Assembly (NCBI GenBank): GCA_035297365.1
Contig: DATGZA010000098.1
Location: forward strand, 1 to 22,768
DNA length: 22,768 nt
Source: Nitrososphaeraceae archaeon
GTDB lineage: Archaea > Thermoproteota > Nitrososphaeria > Nitrososphaerales > Nitrososphaeraceae
Reading direction: 5' to 3'
Both the position numbers and the translations under genes were made by a program. Below the pieces are notes generated by a model. The model ran no database searches and was not told the origin of the DNA. It worked only from the letters and a program-made list of their open reading frames with translations. Positions 20,826-22,768 of this stretch are shown piece after piece (the first letter of the stretch is position 1; each line of letters opens with the position of its first letter).

Positions 20826-20860
20826 ATGTATTTTTATTTCTGTATTGAATTGTTTTTCGT

Positions 20861-21652
20861 ATGAAGAATATATTTATATCTTCAGTGAACATATTGGTAA
20901 TGCTTGCAGGTATAGCCATTATTTCGACATGTTCTTTTTCTATGAATGAAGCCTTAGCAAAACCACATGCAAGTCTTACGTTGGAGTCCACACAAGATAA
21001 CGTAAATCCCATTAGAGTAGTATTAGGTCATACTAACGAACCATCATTTGGCAAGGTACCTGGTCTAGATGACGGAAAACATTTTCTAGAAATTGAGATA
21101 TCTGACAGTGCAACTACTCTGCCAATCAGAACTGCTACACTCTTTGCAGATAAATACTATTTTAAAGATATAAAGAGCTTTGAAAACGCACAAAGTCTAC
21201 AGGATGCAGATGATATTGAATTAAATGTACCAATTAGTTCTGTATTTGGTTCTCCTGGACTTTTTTATAATAGACAGGTTCAGGATCCTGGAATATATGG
21301 ATACACTCTAAGAGGTTCTATTGATTATTATGGGGTTGGTACAGTGAATATACCTAATGACCCAGAGCCAACCATATTTTGTAGTATAGAAGGGAAGGAC
21401 ACATCCAAATTTAATAAAGGGGCTTGGTCCGGAAGCTATGGTTGTACACAGAATCTGAAAAGTATCTTCTTCCCAGAATCTGCAAAATATCCAGACGAAT
21501 ATCCTCCTAAATACCCTAAATCTGACTATCCTGAACCTGAATACACTAAACCTGGTGAATACAGTGATTACAATGGCGAATATAATTACGGATCTGGATA
21601 CGGTAACGAAAACGAATATCAAACGTATAACAGTGAATATAGGACACAATAA
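20861..21652 (+). CDS. secreted hypothetical protein, probable beta-sandwich domain with Tyr/Pro-rich tail
   Basis: Signal peptide ending ...NEALA-KPH; core VVLGHTNEP...FGSPGLF...PGIYGYTLRGSI; low-complexity YP/EY-rich C-terminus. Confidence 0.85.
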   Translation: MKNIFISSVNILVMLAGIAIISTCSFSMNEALAKPHASLTLESTQDNVNPIRVVLGHTNEPSFGKVPGLDDGKHFLEIEISDSATTLPIRTATLFADKYYFKDIKSFENAQSLQDADDIELNVPISSVFGSPGLFYNRQVQDPGIYGYTLRGSIDYYGVGTVNIPNDPEPTIFCSIEGKDTSKFNKGAWSGSYGCTQNLKSIFFPESAKYPDEYPPKYPKSDYPEPEYTKPGEYSDYNGEYNYGSGYGNENEYQTYNSEYRTQ

Positions 21653-21926
21653 ACAACAATCTACTTCCTTTAATTTTTTTATACTATTTTATTTTTTTGA
21701 TGACCATTCAATCAAAAATTAATAGTTTTTTAGTTCCAGTTACGTTGAAGTAAACGTATAGATTTGGATATCTTATTTCTTATCTGCAGTAATAATTAGA
21801 CTTGAAAAAATAGAACATCCATAATCAATGTATGTATTCTATTTATCTGTACTTGGTTAAAGTGTAACTAATACATCTAAAGCATCGAATTTTAGCGAAA
21901 AATAAAAAGGGTAATATAAATAAAAG

Positions 21927-21943
21927 ATTCGATTGGTGTACCA
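21927..21943 (+). promoter_or_regulatory. shared upstream motif ATTCGAT-TGG-TGTACCA, copy 3
   Basis: Both 7-bp arms are identical to copies 1 and 2; followed after 5 nt by TATTAAAT (21949-21956); ATG at 21986. Confidence 0.7.
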
Positions 21944-21985
21944 TAAAGTATTAAATGGCGCATCTCCAATAACCTTTCAATCTAT

Positions 21986-22768
21986 ATGAAAGCAATCTCT
22001 CTTATTTTGTTTCTTTCTATCATTGTAGTCATTTCTTTAATGATATTTCCTAGTTCAAATAATGTTGCTTATGCTCATACTTTTTCTGGAGACGAGAGTG
22101 CTTCATTTTTGACATTGATCGAAGAAATCAGCACTGGATCACATCTTATAGAAAAGTTGCTGTTAAATAATTCAACATTAGCACAAGGAATTGCAGAGCA
22201 TATATCCCAGCTTGTCACCCCTGAAATTTTGCAAGAGATTTCTGAGAAAAATAAGTTAGAAGCCAAATCACTTAACGAGTCATTATCTGATCTTGAAAAT
22301 TCATTTAATTTTACCAACAAGATAGTATCAGCTGATATAAAAGAGAAGATAAATAATCTTGACGATATTTTAGGAGAAGTAGTAAGTGTAAGAATTCAGA
22401 ACGAACAACTAACAAATAATACTGTAAATGCCCTTGTACTTAATGATTTAATAGGAAAAGCCCTTGAAAGTTATGGCAAAGCAATGGGTATTAAAGCTGA
22501 TGAACATTCTGCGGAACATGAAGGTGAACATGCAGAAGAAAAACATGGACAAGAAACAGAAGATCACGGGCAAGTAAGCATCTCTTCATTTTCAAACTCT
22601 CTTGTCAATATTGCACTAGTAGATTCGGGTAAAAATCAAGATGCATCTAATAAAAATATAACCAATGCTGAGATAGTAGACCAGGTTGAATATCAAATTG
22701 CACAGGCATTAGTTGATAAATCAATTGATAAATTTAATGAACTAAAACCATCTATTGCCTCCAACATC
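21986..22768 (+). CDS. secreted helical protein with N-terminal His and His/Glu-rich insert, truncated by window end (not in ORF track)
   Basis: 261 uninterrupted codons from ATG 21986: MKAISLILFLSIIVVISLMIFPSSNNVAYA-HTFSGDESASFLTLIEEI...ADEHSAEHEGEHAEEKHGQETEDHG...; no stop inside the window. Confidence 0.88.
   Translation, partial: MKAISLILFLSIIVVISLMIFPSSNNVAYAHTFSGDESASFLTLIEEISTGSHLIEKLLLNNSTLAQGIAEHISQLVTPEILQEISEKNKLEAKSLNESLSDLENSFNFTNKIVSADIKEKINNLDDILGEVVSVRIQNEQLTNNTVNALVLNDLIGKALESYGKAMGIKADEHSAEHEGEHAEEKHGQETEDHGQVSISSFSNSLVNIALVDSGKNQDASNKNITNAEIVDQVEYQIAQALVDKSIDKFNELKPSIASNI

Noticed and set aside
20821-20830. TACCAATGTA resembling the CopY cop box (TACA-NN-TGTA); GTAC core resembling the algal/plant copper-response element
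   Set aside because: The cop-box-like right half is absent from copies 1 and 3, and GTAC-binding SBP-domain factors are eukaryotic; neither is evidence for copper regulation here.
20519-21012. ORFs 20519-20794 (plus) and 20803-21012 (minus), both containing LVHSSN
   Set aside because: Shadow ORFs; the shared peptide only reflects the promoter inverted repeat.
21308-22320. Minus-strand ORFs 21308-21649 and 22075-22320
   Set aside because: Antisense shadows of the 20861 and 21986 genes.

Overview
AT-rich, low-coding-density archaeal window. The gene content (pyruvoyl arginine decarboxylase, DM13 protein, roadblock-like protein, RTX-repeat protein, AN1-zinc-finger/M50 fusion, TATA-box promoters close to start codons) points to an ammonia-oxidising Nitrososphaerota archaeon, probably Nitrosocosmicus-like; this assignment is inference. 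Recognisable genes are a matrixin-type M10 protease, pdaD, a 14-TM-type MFS transporter, a metal-dependent amidohydrolase, an isochorismatase-family cysteine hydrolase, asnB, an ABM monooxygenase and an AN1-M50 protease. Three secreted-protein genes are interrupted (RTX-repeat protein, M28 peptidase, and 20022-20658). Two real genes are missing from the ORF track: a 46-aa CxxC/CxxC zinc-ribbon protein (19121-19261, minus) and a secreted His/Glu-rich protein starting at 21986 that runs off the window. The most notable signal is at the right end: three neighbouring genes for secreted proteins with a His at or near the predicted mature N-terminus all carry the same motif, ATTCGAT-N3-TGTACCA, about 5 bp upstream of their TATA boxes. 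This suggests an undescribed co-regulated surface module, possibly for metal (Cu?) acquisition. No rRNA, tRNA, CRISPR array or intact mobile element was seen.
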